A stretch of DNA of 64,000 bases from Bacteroidales bacterium (GCA_045600045.1 JAZRXD010000063.1:10536-74535), one strand, 5' to 3'; positions 46,485 to 55,174 are shown, numbered from the stretch's first letter. Notes: generated by a model not told the origin, from the letters alone. Made by a program: numbers and translations.

Positions 46485-47351
46485 TTATTCCGTTAAAATC
46501 ATTTGTTTACTGCCTACCAACTTACCATCGGTTACAAGACTGTAGATGTACATTCCAGCTTGTAATTCATTGCCAAAAATCGTTTCGGAAGTTGCACCTC
46601 TACCTGAAACCGTAATTGATTTGAGTTGTTTTCCTTGCAAATCGTAAATATACAAAACAGCTTCTGAAACAGTTTCTGGGATAACCATTTCTATACGTGT
46701 GTTGGTAGAAAACGGATTTGGCTTGTTTTGCGACAATGTTGCTTGGGTGGTGATTGCTGATTTTATGTTTAAACTTTCAGAATCCGATTTCAATGCATAT
46801 TCCTTGGAGGTTGCCGCAAGTTGTTCTTTTAAGTTTTCTATGTCCTCGTGTTGTTGCTTTATTGTTTCAACCAACAATGGTATCATACCAACATAATTCA
46901 AACTGAGCATACCTTTTTCATCCTCAAACACAAGATTCGGAAATATCTCCCGTACGTCCTGAGCTAAAAATCCATATTGAAGAATTTTGCCATCAACGGA
47001 TTTGTCGGTCAACGAGTCTTTTAAATAATACGATTTTGGCGACAATTGATAAATTGAAGAACCCGTTTTTAAATCCTGTATATTTTGTTTAAGACGTGCG
47101 TCTGAAGTCAAATAATTTCCTCTTGAAACCGCATAGCCACTTCCCAATACATAAAATCTCTGATATCCATCCCATGTTACAATATAGTTTTTGGCATACT
47201 CATTTCCGGCAAAGGTAATCATATGATTAGTCCATGCATTTGTGGTCGATGGAGTAAATCGTATTTCACCATCTGATTGAATTTGAAACTGTGCCATCGC
47301 ACTCATTGCCATCATCATACTTGTGGCAAAAAATAATAATACTTTTTTCAT
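46485..47351 (-). CDS. Tail-fibre/endosialidase intramolecular-chaperone (peptidase S74-like) domain protein with a type-A T9SS CTD
   Basis: Signal peptide. SDARLKQNIQDL...YGFLAQDVREIFPNLV...LSLNYVGMIPLLVETIKQQHEDIENLKEQL matches the S74 chaperone-domain pattern. The C-terminus NKPNPFSTNTRIEM...LYIYDLQGKQLKS...LQAGMYIYSLVTDGKLVGSKQMILTE is a Por-secretion tail. Confidence 0.75.
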   Translation of the reverse strand: MKKVLLFFATSMMMAMSAMAQFQIQSDGEIRFTPSTTNAWTNHMITFAGNEYAKNYIVTWDGYQRFYVLGSGYAVSRGNYLTSDARLKQNIQDLKTGSSIYQLSPKSYYLKDSLTDKSVDGKILQYGFLAQDVREIFPNLVFEDEKGMLSLNYVGMIPLLVETIKQQHEDIENLKEQLAATSKEYALKSDSESLNIKSAITTQATLSQNKPNPFSTNTRIEMVIPETVSEAVLYIYDLQGKQLKSITVSGRGATSETIFGNELQAGMYIYSLVTDGKLVGSKQMILTE

Positions 47352-47415
47352 ACTGTTTTTGATTATTGATAAATATTTGTTTTGTGCAACATAATAAAAA
47401 AGATCAAATAATGCC

Positions 47416-47423
47416 TACTTTTG
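47416..47423 (+). promoter_or_regulatory. -7 box TACTTTTG for the chagasin-like gene
   Basis: Exact TAnnTTTG 18 nt upstream of the ATG at 47441. Confidence 0.5.
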
Positions 47424-47440
47424 TACAAATCCTTTGCGAA

Positions 47441-47800
47441 ATGAAAAAACAATTTATTTTCTACGTTTCTTGTCTTATGGGAATAATTCTACTTTCGTGC
47501 AACGAGAAAAAACAAAAACCTGACTACAAAATTTCTCAGAACGACACTTTAAAAATAGAATTGAACTACACTGCCGGAACTGGTTATTCCTGGTTTTTAG
47601 AAAACAAAGAAGAAGTAAAGATTCTTGATTCCACAAATGTTGAATTTTTTGCCAACAACAATCTTATTGGAGGAAGCGGAACCGAAATTTGGTCATTTGT
47701 TGCAACCGAAAAAGGCACTTGTACCCTCTCTTTTGTGTATAAAAGACCTTGGGAAAACTCTATTGCCGAGAAAAAAGAGTTTGTAATACTTGTTAAATAA
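47441..47800 (+). CDS. Chagasin-family (I42) cysteine-peptidase inhibitor lipoprotein
   Basis: Lipoprotein signal MKKQFIFYVSCLMGIILLSC. The three chagasin loop motifs are present: NYTAGTGYSW, LIGGSGTE and KRPWE. Start trimmed from the track ORF (47366). Confidence 0.8.
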   Translation: MKKQFIFYVSCLMGIILLSCNEKKQKPDYKISQNDTLKIELNYTAGTGYSWFLENKEEVKILDSTNVEFFANNNLIGGSGTEIWSFVATEKGTCTLSFVYKRPWENSIAEKKEFVILVK

Positions 47801-47883
47801 AATTGATTTTCAACGACATACATATTCCAAAAATAATTTTTCAAAAAAAAGTCGTCAAAGACTTTGTGGGAATGAAAGAATAT

Positions 47884-47891
47884 GTATATTT
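47884..47891 (+). promoter_or_regulatory. -7 box TATATTTG for tRNA-Asp
   Basis: Exact TAnnTTTG 23 nt upstream of the mature tRNA 5' end. Confidence 0.55.
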
Positions 47892-47913
47892 GCACACGTC
47901 AAAAGACAACTAC

Positions 47914-47987
47914 TGGTGTGGTAGTTCAGCTGGTTAGAATATCGGCCTGTCACGCCGAGGGTCGCGAGTTCGAGTCTCGTCCACACC
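47914..47987 (+). tRNA. tRNA-Asp (anticodon GUC)
   Basis: Acceptor GGTGTGG/CCACACC, D-arm GTTC..GAAT, anticodon loop CTGTCAC, T-arm GCGAG-TTCGAGT-CTCGT. Confidence 0.9.
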
Positions 47988-47990
47988 GCA

Positions 47991-48017
47991 GAAAGCTCAA
48001 CGAAAGTTGGGCTTTTT
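47991..48017 (+). terminator. Rho-independent terminator after tRNA-Asp
   Basis: AAAGCTCAAC-GAAA-GTTGGGCTTT (one G-U pair) followed by TTTT. Confidence 0.7.
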
Positions 48018-48115
48018 TGTTTTATACTCTTAAAAAGAAACTCATCAATCCGATTTTTACGCATATTTATTGTAAATTCGTGGCAGATTATTGTATTGCA
48101 ACTAAATTTCAAGAA

Positions 48116-49882
48116 ATGAATAAAACAATTTTTCGAACTCTATTATACATAGTAGCAATTTTCGGCATATTCGCATGCTCCAAGAAAAATGAAAACACCG
48201 AACCAACAGCAAAAATCACTGGAGAATTCACTATTCCAAATGTTCCCAAATGGGCCGAAAACGCTGTCTTTTATCAAATTTATCCACAAACATTTTACGA
48301 TTCAAATGGTGACGGAATCGGCGATTTGCAAGGAATCATTCAAAAACTCGACTACGTAAAAAGCTTGGGCGTTGACGCAATTTGGCTAAATCCATTTTTT
48401 GAATCGCCATTTGCCGACGCTGGCTACGATATTTCAAATTATTTAAAAGTTGCCCCACGCTATGGAACCAACGAAGACGCTAAACAATTGTTTGCCGAAG
48501 CACACAAACGCGGTCTACACGTTCTTTTCGATTTCGTAGCAAGTTACACTTCTATAGAACATCCTTGGTTCAAAGCTTCGGCCCGACAAGACACAAACAA
48601 ATATACCAATTGGTACATTTGGACCGACAACGTGTGGTACAATCCTCCACAAGAATATGCGGCGGATTTTATAAAAGGTTACGGCGAACGTAACGGACAA
48701 TATATGAGAAACTTCTACTATTGCCAACCTGCTCTTAACTACGGTTTTGCCCTCCCCGACACGAACTACAAATGGCAACTTCCACCCGATCATCCTGATG
48801 TACTCAATTTGAAAGAAGAAATGAAAAATGTACTTCGTTTTTGGATGGATATGGGTGCCGACGGATTCCGCGCCGATATGGCCGGTGCCCTTACAAAAGA
48901 TGCGAACGTGAGCGGCAACGAGCAATTTTTCAACACACACGTGAATGCCACTAAAGAATTTTGGCGAGAAATACGTCAATTACTTGAAAACGAATATCCC
49001 GACGCATTTATGGTGGCAGAATGGTCGTACCCTATCGATGCACTCGACAGCTGTTTCCACGTGGATTTCTTCCATTGGTTCAATGGCTACAACGATTTGT
49101 TCCAAAAAGAAAGTTGGAGAATTCTCAACGGTTATTCCGAAGGCCACAGTTTCTTCGATACTGCTGGAAAAGGAAACATAACAGATTTCCTAACAAATTA
49201 TATGGAACAATACGATGCAACCAAAGGTAAAGGCTATATAAGCCTTCCGCTTGGAAACCACGACAATGCAAGACTTTGCAACAATCGTAGCGATAAAGAC
49301 ATGGAAATAATTTTCGCTTTCGGTTTCACCATGCCGGGCGTTCCATTTTTGTACTATGGAAATGAAATTGGCATGAAACAAATGCCAACATCGTGGCCAC
49401 AAATCGAAGGTGCATATCAACCACGCAACGGCGCTCGTACTCCAATGCAATGGTCAAACGAAAAGAATTTAGGATTTTCGAAAGCCGACGCAAAAAAACT
49501 TTACTTGCCTGTTGATACCGCGAAAAACGCTCCGACTGTAGCTTCAGAAGAAAACAATCAAAAATCGTTGCTGAACAAAACAAAAAAATTAATAGAACTT
49601 CACCATACCGAACCAGCACTTGCGAACTATGCGGAATTCGTTCCTTTGTATGCGAAAAAAGACACATATCCGTTTGTTTATGCCCGTGCAAACAGCGACG
49701 ACGTGGTATTAGTAATGCTCAATCCTTCGGGAAAAGATTCGCAAGCAAAATTCTACATTAACTACAAATTCAGTAATTCGAAACTGCTTGCCGGCGACCC
49801 AATCAACTTCCAATGCGAATCCGACAGCGTTTCCATATCGATGCCGAAACAATCGTACGCTATTATAAAATTGATTAAATAA
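48116..49882 (+). CDS. GH13 alpha-amylase-family lipoprotein (oligo-1,6-glucosidase/alpha-glucosidase-like)
   Basis: Lipoprotein signal MNKTIFRTLLYIVAIFGIFAC. GH13 regions are DAIWLNPFFESP, GFRADMAG (nucleophile), MVAEW (acid/base) and GNHDNAR. The track ORF start (47882) runs through tRNA-Asp and is rejected. Confidence 0.88.
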   Translation: MNKTIFRTLLYIVAIFGIFACSKKNENTEPTAKITGEFTIPNVPKWAENAVFYQIYPQTFYDSNGDGIGDLQGIIQKLDYVKSLGVDAIWLNPFFESPFADAGYDISNYLKVAPRYGTNEDAKQLFAEAHKRGLHVLFDFVASYTSIEHPWFKASARQDTNKYTNWYIWTDNVWYNPPQEYAADFIKGYGERNGQYMRNFYYCQPALNYGFALPDTNYKWQLPPDHPDVLNLKEEMKNVLRFWMDMGADGFRADMAGALTKDANVSGNEQFFNTHVNATKEFWREIRQLLENEYPDAFMVAEWSYPIDALDSCFHVDFFHWFNGYNDLFQKESWRILNGYSEGHSFFDTAGKGNITDFLTNYMEQYDATKGKGYISLPLGNHDNARLCNNRSDKDMEIIFAFGFTMPGVPFLYYGNEIGMKQMPTSWPQIEGAYQPRNGARTPMQWSNEKNLGFSKADAKKLYLPVDTAKNAPTVASEENNQKSLLNKTKKLIELHHTEPALANYAEFVPLYAKKDTYPFVYARANSDDVVLVMLNPSGKDSQAKFYINYKFSNSKLLAGDPINFQCESDSVSISMPKQSYAIIKLIK

Positions 49883-50044
49883 GTCGGGCGAATATTGGGT
49901 TTCTTGATTATTGTTTATAATTAATTGTCCATTCTCAATTAATTAAGCATTATACATTATCAAAACTATTGACACTGGATTCCAATTCCATATAAAAAAT
50001 TTACATCTAATCTTTTAATTCTTAATTCAATTTGTAAATTTGCC

Positions 50045-50052
50045 GCCATAAA
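50045..50052 (+). promoter_or_regulatory. -7 box TAAATTTG for typA
   Basis: Exact TAnnTTTG 11 nt upstream of the ATG at 50063. Confidence 0.45.
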
Positions 50053-50062
50053 AATAACACAG

Positions 50063-51874
50063 ATGCAAGACATTAGAAACATTGCGATTATCGCACACGT
50101 TGACCACGGAAAGACCACGTTGGTTGACCGAATTCTCCACCAAGTAAAAACATTTAGAGAAAACGAAGAAACCGGCGAGTTGATACTCGACAACAACGAT
50201 CTTGAACGTGAACGTGGAATCACAATTCTTTCCAAAAACGTTTCGGTGCGATATAAAGGTGTTAAAATCAACATTATAGACACTCCAGGACACTCCGATT
50301 TCGGTGGTGAAGTTGAACGTGTACTTAACATGGCCGACGGTTGTCTTCTTCTTGTTGACGCATTCGAAGGCCCAATGCCGCAAACTCGTTTCGTGCTAGA
50401 AAAAGCAATTGAAATGAATTTGAAACCAATCGTTGTCGTAAATAAAGTTGACAAACCAAACTGCGACCCTGAAGGCGCAAACGAAGCTGTATTCGATTTA
50501 ATGTGCAACCTCAACGCAAGCGAAGACCAACTTGATTTTAGAACAGTTTATGGTTCTTCAAAACAAGGTTGGATGGGTCCGGATTGGAAAACTCCAACAA
50601 ACGATTTTACGTATCTCTTGGATACAATTCTTGATGTTATTCCAGCTCCAAAGCATGTTGAAGGAACAACACAATTGCGTATCACTTCGCTTGACTATTC
50701 TTCGTACATCGGCCGTATTGCCGTAGGAAGAATTGCTCGCGGAACACTTATGGGCGGACAAAATGTTTCGTTGGTAAAACGCGACGGAACTATTGTGAAA
50801 TCAAAAATCAAAGAACTTTACACATTCGAAGGTTTGGGTAAAGAAAAAATAAAAACCGAAGTTCAATGCGGTGAAATCTGTGCCATTGTGGGTTTGGACG
50901 GTTTTGAAATTGGCGACACAGTTGCCGATTTTGAAAATCCTGAAGCATTACCAGCTATCTCCATTGATGAACCAACAATGTCTATGACATTTACGAACAA
51001 CGATTCTCCTTTCTTTGGAAAAGAAGGTAAATTCGTTACTTCGCGTCACTTACGCGAACGTCTTTACAAAGAACTTGAAAAGAATCTTGCTCTTCGTATT
51101 GAAGAAACTGGTTCTGCTGATTCCTTCAACGTTTTCGGACGTGGAATTATGCACTTGTCGGTTTTGATTGAAACAATGCGTCGCGAAGGCTACGAAATGC
51201 AAATCGGTCAACCACAAGTTATTATAAAAGAAATTGACGGACAGAAATGCGAACCAATGGAACAAGTTACTGTTCACGTTCCTGAACGTCTTTCCGGAAA
51301 AGTAATTGAATTGATTACACAACGTAAAGGTGAAATGAAAAACATGACGACGAAAAACGACCGTGTTCACCTTGAATTTTCAATTCCTTCGCGTGGTTTG
51401 ATTGGTTTAACAAGCAGCATGCTGACAGCAACCGAAGGTGAAGCTGTTATTTCGCATATTTTCACCGGCTTTGAACCTTGGAAAGGTGAAATGCCAAACA
51501 AAAACAACGGAGCTCTGATTGCTATGGAAACTGGACAAACCTACGCCTACGCAATCGACAAACTTCAAGACCGAGGAATTTTCTTTATTGAACCAGGCGA
51601 AGAAGTATATGCCGGTCAAGTAATTGGTGAACACGTTCGTGAAAACGATTTGGTTATCAATGTTTGCAAAAGCAAGAAATTGACAAATATGCGTGCATCG
51701 GGTTCCGACGACAAAGTGAGCATTGCTTCAGCAAAGAAAATGTCGCTTGAAGAACACATGGAATACATCCGTAAAGATGAATATTTGGAAGTAACTCCAA
51801 AATCTCTTCGCTTACGTAAAATCATTCTTGACGAAAACGAACGTAAACGCGAAAAGAAAAGTGCAGAAGCATAG
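50063..51874 (+). CDS. typA: Translational GTPase TypA/BipA
   Basis: G motifs AHVDHGKTTLVD, DTPGHSDFGGEV and NKVD. 603 aa with an EF-G-like domain order. Confidence 0.96.
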   Translation: MQDIRNIAIIAHVDHGKTTLVDRILHQVKTFRENEETGELILDNNDLERERGITILSKNVSVRYKGVKINIIDTPGHSDFGGEVERVLNMADGCLLLVDAFEGPMPQTRFVLEKAIEMNLKPIVVVNKVDKPNCDPEGANEAVFDLMCNLNASEDQLDFRTVYGSSKQGWMGPDWKTPTNDFTYLLDTILDVIPAPKHVEGTTQLRITSLDYSSYIGRIAVGRIARGTLMGGQNVSLVKRDGTIVKSKIKELYTFEGLGKEKIKTEVQCGEICAIVGLDGFEIGDTVADFENPEALPAISIDEPTMSMTFTNNDSPFFGKEGKFVTSRHLRERLYKELEKNLALRIEETGSADSFNVFGRGIMHLSVLIETMRREGYEMQIGQPQVIIKEIDGQKCEPMEQVTVHVPERLSGKVIELITQRKGEMKNMTTKNDRVHLEFSIPSRGLIGLTSSMLTATEGEAVISHIFTGFEPWKGEMPNKNNGALIAMETGQTYAYAIDKLQDRGIFFIEPGEEVYAGQVIGEHVRENDLVINVCKSKKLTNMRASGSDDKVSIASAKKMSLEEHMEYIRKDEYLEVTPKSLRLRKIILDENERKREKKSAEA

Positions 51875-51900
51875 TATATCCTTCGTTTCGTAATTAGTAT

Positions 51901-51941
51901 AAAAATCCCCACGAATAACAAATCCGTGGGGATTTTTATTT
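51901..51941. terminator. Bidirectional rho-independent terminator (typA / mnmD-like convergent pair)
   Basis: AAAAATCCCCACG (51901-51913) pairs perfectly with CGTGGGGATTTTT (51925-51937). Confidence 0.85.
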
Positions 51942-51963
51942 TAGCAATTTTATTACTGAAAAA

Positions 51964-52623
51964 TTATCCTTTTTGAGCTCGCAACATTTCTCGTTTTCCA
52001 GGAGGGCCATCGGTACGTTCTACTGAATAACCAACAGATTGCAATGTTCGTCTTACGTCGCCTTTGGCACAATACGTTGTTAAAATTCCATTCTCGTTTG
52101 TATGTTCAAACAAATATTGGAAAATTTCTAATGACCACATTGATGCTTGCTTATTTGGGGCGAATGCATCGAAGTAAATCACATCAACAAACGGCATTTC
52201 CGGTAATTCAGTTAAATCCACATAAAGTTTTTTCAACTGAAAATAATCAGAAATCTGCACAAATTCATTCCAATTTGCTTCGTGCATTTTATTAAATAAT
52301 AGAACCGCATGTTCGCCAATCAAATCCGCATAATTTAATTGAGAATATTCTTCTTTTGCTACAGGATATTTTTCAACAGAAATATACGTAGTCTTACGTT
52401 TTTGTTTTTCCGCTTCAATCGCAGTCAACAACGCATTCAACCCTGTTCCAAAACCAACTTCAAAAACTATTGGATTCGCAACCGACGAAAAATTATAGGC
52501 TTTATTTATATAAATATGCAATGCTTCCTGAATCGCTCCGTTCGTGGAATGATAATGTTCATCCATTTCGGGAATATAAATGGTATGGGAACCATCGAGC
52601 GTTTCTTGAAGAACGTGAGTCAT
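51964..52623 (-). CDS. mnmD: tRNA (mnm5s2U34) methyltransferase, stand-alone MnmD/MnmC-methyltransferase domain (DUF752-type)
   Basis: 219 aa. LDGSHTIYIPEMDEHYHSTNGAIQEALHIY, SAM motif EVGFGTGLNAL and DVIYFDAFAP. No FAD oxidoreductase domain is attached. Confidence 0.7.
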   Translation of the reverse strand: MTHVLQETLDGSHTIYIPEMDEHYHSTNGAIQEALHIYINKAYNFSSVANPIVFEVGFGTGLNALLTAIEAEKQKRKTTYISVEKYPVAKEEYSQLNYADLIGEHAVLLFNKMHEANWNEFVQISDYFQLKKLYVDLTELPEMPFVDVIYFDAFAPNKQASMWSLEIFQYLFEHTNENGILTTYCAKGDVRRTLQSVGYSVERTDGPPGKREMLRAQKG

Positions 52624-54032
52624 TATTCTTGAGAATTGTTTTCTGCTTGATTTTGTTGTTCTTCCGACGAGTCGTCATCATTTTTTTGCGACTTCACATA
52701 GTCAATAACGATTAATGGAGAACGACGTTGCAAAGCTTCTATATGAACCGACATAATATTGTCGTTCATAACAATTTCTTTTATTTTTTTTGCGGAGTAA
52801 AATGGCTGCAAATGTTCAATCAACGTGTATCCAATATTTATACGAGAAAGTTTTTCACAATTTTCCATGCCTTCAATCGATGCAATTTGCGTATGCGAGC
52901 AATCAAAATCCGTTAACGACACACATCCAGCAAGAGGCGAAACATCAGTCACCAATGTGTGCGATAAATTCAATCTTTTCAAACTTGACATATTGTTTAA
53001 AACAGATATGTCGTCAATTGAAGTATATGAAATATCCAATTTTTCCAAATTCACACTTGTTTCCAATTCCGAAATAGACGAAACCAATGTATGCGAAGCG
53101 TTCAATTCTTTTAAATTCGCCTTATCACGTAAGAAAGTTACGTTTTTTGCCGGTGTATGCGAAATATCAACCTTTTTTAATTTTACAGCACGAATCAACA
53201 TATCAAAATTTCCGATTGAATCACAATCTATTGCATAAAACTCTTGCAAACGCGACGTACTGCTATATAAAAAGCCCAAAGATTTTATTCTATCGCAATT
53301 TGAAATTGTTACTTTGGTAAAAGTTGTCACATCAGAAAAAACATCCAAATTATCGTCGGTTGCCTGAATATTGCCTGCAACATTCAACATTGTTAGCTGA
53401 TTTAATTTTCCCAGCGAATCGTAGTTTTGGAACGTATGATTATTTCCCGCCAAATTCAGTTTTTTCAATTGTTTCATCTGCGAAAGAAATCCCAAAGAAT
53501 GTAATTCCGAGTTTTCAAACGAAATATTTTCCAAGTTTATCAACGTAGCCAAAGCCTCATAATCGCACACATTTGTTGCAATCACATTGAGTTCTTTTAA
53601 CATTACGCATTCCGCCAACGGAGCAAGAGAAATATCTTTTGCAGGAGAACATTTTTTTAATTGGAAAAACTCCAATTCCTTTAATTTTTTAACGGAAGAC
53701 AAATCGTCAATTTCTTCAGAAGATTCGACGCTTAACTTTTTAATCCACTTGAACTTCGTGCAAATATTATCGAAATCGGACTGTGAAATATCGGCGCCAA
53801 CCTGCACCAAACGATTTTCTATTTCGGGAACTTTATTGATTTCCGACAAAACCGAGGCGCTAGCATCATAAATACGAACACCAGCTGTGGACAACGAAAA
53901 GCCATTGTATTGAGCGAAAGAGCCGAATACAAAGTGTGAAAAAACTAAAACAACAGCAATTGTTTTGAGAAATTGGCAATGCGAAATTGTCAATTGAAAA
54001 TGAGCGATTGTAGATAAAAAATTACTTCTCAT
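52623..54032 (-). CDS. Secreted leucine-rich-repeat (internalin-like LRR) protein
   Basis: About a dozen ~22-aa LRRs, for example LKELNASHTLVSSISELETSVNLEKLDISYTSIDDISVLNNMSSLKRLNLSHTLVTDVSPL. Start chosen at M20 (54032), which gives a signal peptide ...VLVFSHFVFGSFAQ and avoids overlap with the upstream gene. Acidic C-terminal tail, no T9SS CTD. Confidence 0.8.
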   Translation of the reverse strand: MRSNFLSTIAHFQLTISHCQFLKTIAVVLVFSHFVFGSFAQYNGFSLSTAGVRIYDASASVLSEINKVPEIENRLVQVGADISQSDFDNICTKFKWIKKLSVESSEEIDDLSSVKKLKELEFFQLKKCSPAKDISLAPLAECVMLKELNVIATNVCDYEALATLINLENISFENSELHSLGFLSQMKQLKKLNLAGNNHTFQNYDSLGKLNQLTMLNVAGNIQATDDNLDVFSDVTTFTKVTISNCDRIKSLGFLYSSTSRLQEFYAIDCDSIGNFDMLIRAVKLKKVDISHTPAKNVTFLRDKANLKELNASHTLVSSISELETSVNLEKLDISYTSIDDISVLNNMSSLKRLNLSHTLVTDVSPLAGCVSLTDFDCSHTQIASIEGMENCEKLSRINIGYTLIEHLQPFYSAKKIKEIVMNDNIMSVHIEALQRRSPLIVIDYVKSQKNDDDSSEEQQNQAENNSQE

Positions 54033-54057
54033 TACTAATTGCTCATTAAACTCTTGC

Positions 54058-55146
54058 TTATTCGTTTGGTGAAAGAACGAATCCTTCAATGAAAACCCTT
54101 GATTCCGTGTTCAATGGATCGTTCGATATAATGGTAATCATCTGGCGAACGTGACCATGTTTGTTACGTGTGTTCAATGTAACGTTCACATCGCCTTCTT
54201 CGCCTTTTACGTACGACATTTTATCCATAGAACCTGCAGTACAACCACACGAAGTTTTTATTTTACGGATTTCCAATGTTGACTCACCTTGATTTTCGAA
54301 ATGGAACTTGCAAGCAACAGGATCACCTTGACGAACCGTATCGAAACTAAATGTATCGGTTTTGAAAACTATTTTTGCTGCGTTTTTGATTTGTTCCGGT
54401 GTCATTCCCGAAAAATCTTCTGTTATATTTCCAGCAATAGAAATTTTCATTTTGTAGTTCACTCGTTTTCCTTGAAAACCAAGATATAATTTGTCGTAGA
54501 TTGGTCCCCAATCCTTACGCAATTCAGAATTGAAACCTACAACCATCAATGCTGTTGAATTTGGTTGAATAACTTCCGGATACATTTGAACTGTCATATA
54601 ATCAGGCACATTAGGAAACACCAACGAAACCGCACTATCTTGAGGATTGTAAACTGTAATTGTGTCAACCACCGTATTTGGGAAATTGATAGTTCCGTAT
54701 GAAATTGTCAATTTCGACATTCTTACCAAATCAAACGTGCAAGGATATAATTTTTCGATAGTTGAATCCAAATCTTTAACCGTTCCATGCAATTTCAAAG
54801 TAATTTTGCCCAACATTTTATCAGTTGTATAAACATCGATTGATTCGGAAAAGAACGATTTATACTTTTGGGGATTGAATGAAACACTCACCGATGAACG
54901 GGCACCTTGCCTGATTGTATCGCGAGAAAGTTCACAGGTAATTGATTTTGAAGAAGGAACAATCTTCTTAATCACAATTGGCTCAACACCACGATTAGTG
55001 CAGCTGAATATTGCTTTTGTATTAATTCTGTCGCTTGGAATAACTCCATAGTCATAATCTATTTTATCGAACGAAAGAAATTGCGCCGAAACATGCATAG
55101 TTGCAAATAAAGCAACCGCAAAACTAAATGATTTTAAAATTTTCAT
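54058..55146 (-). CDS. DUF1573-domain protein (two PapD-like/Ig-like modules)
   Basis: Signal peptide MKILKSFSFAVALFATMHVSAQ. N-terminal FDKIDYDYGVI...FSCTNRGVEPIVI and C-terminal FSFDTVRQGDPVACKFHFENQGESTLEIRKIKTSCGCTAG (the SCGCT hallmark). Confidence 0.7.
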   Translation of the reverse strand: MKILKSFSFAVALFATMHVSAQFLSFDKIDYDYGVIPSDRINTKAIFSCTNRGVEPIVIKKIVPSSKSITCELSRDTIRQGARSSVSVSFNPQKYKSFFSESIDVYTTDKMLGKITLKLHGTVKDLDSTIEKLYPCTFDLVRMSKLTISYGTINFPNTVVDTITVYNPQDSAVSLVFPNVPDYMTVQMYPEVIQPNSTALMVVGFNSELRKDWGPIYDKLYLGFQGKRVNYKMKISIAGNITEDFSGMTPEQIKNAAKIVFKTDTFSFDTVRQGDPVACKFHFENQGESTLEIRKIKTSCGCTAGSMDKMSYVKGEEGDVNVTLNTRNKHGHVRQMITIISNDPLNTESRVFIEGFVLSPNE

Positions 55147-55166
55147 ATCGTTATTTATTAAACACC

Positions 55167-55174
55167 CAAAGTTA
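55167..55174 (-). promoter_or_regulatory. Candidate -7 box (TAACTTTG on the minus strand) for the DUF1573-LRR-mnmD unit
   Basis: The plus strand reads CAAAGTTA, 21 nt upstream of the ATG at 55146. Confidence 0.45.

Noticed and set aside
43713-47987. The protease/inhibitor block as a tRNA-Asp-associated genomic island.
   Set aside because: There is no integrase, transposase or plasmid/phage gene. I found no direct repeat of the tRNA-Asp 3' end near 43.7 kb. The promoters use the same TAnnTTTG box as the rest of the window. The accessory character is plausible, but mobility is unsupported.
47882-48115. N-terminal 78-codon extension of the GH13 ORF (track start 47882).
   Set aside because: The extension reads straight through the tRNA-Asp promoter, tRNA-Asp and its terminator. 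A lipoprotein signal peptide begins at the ATG at 48116.
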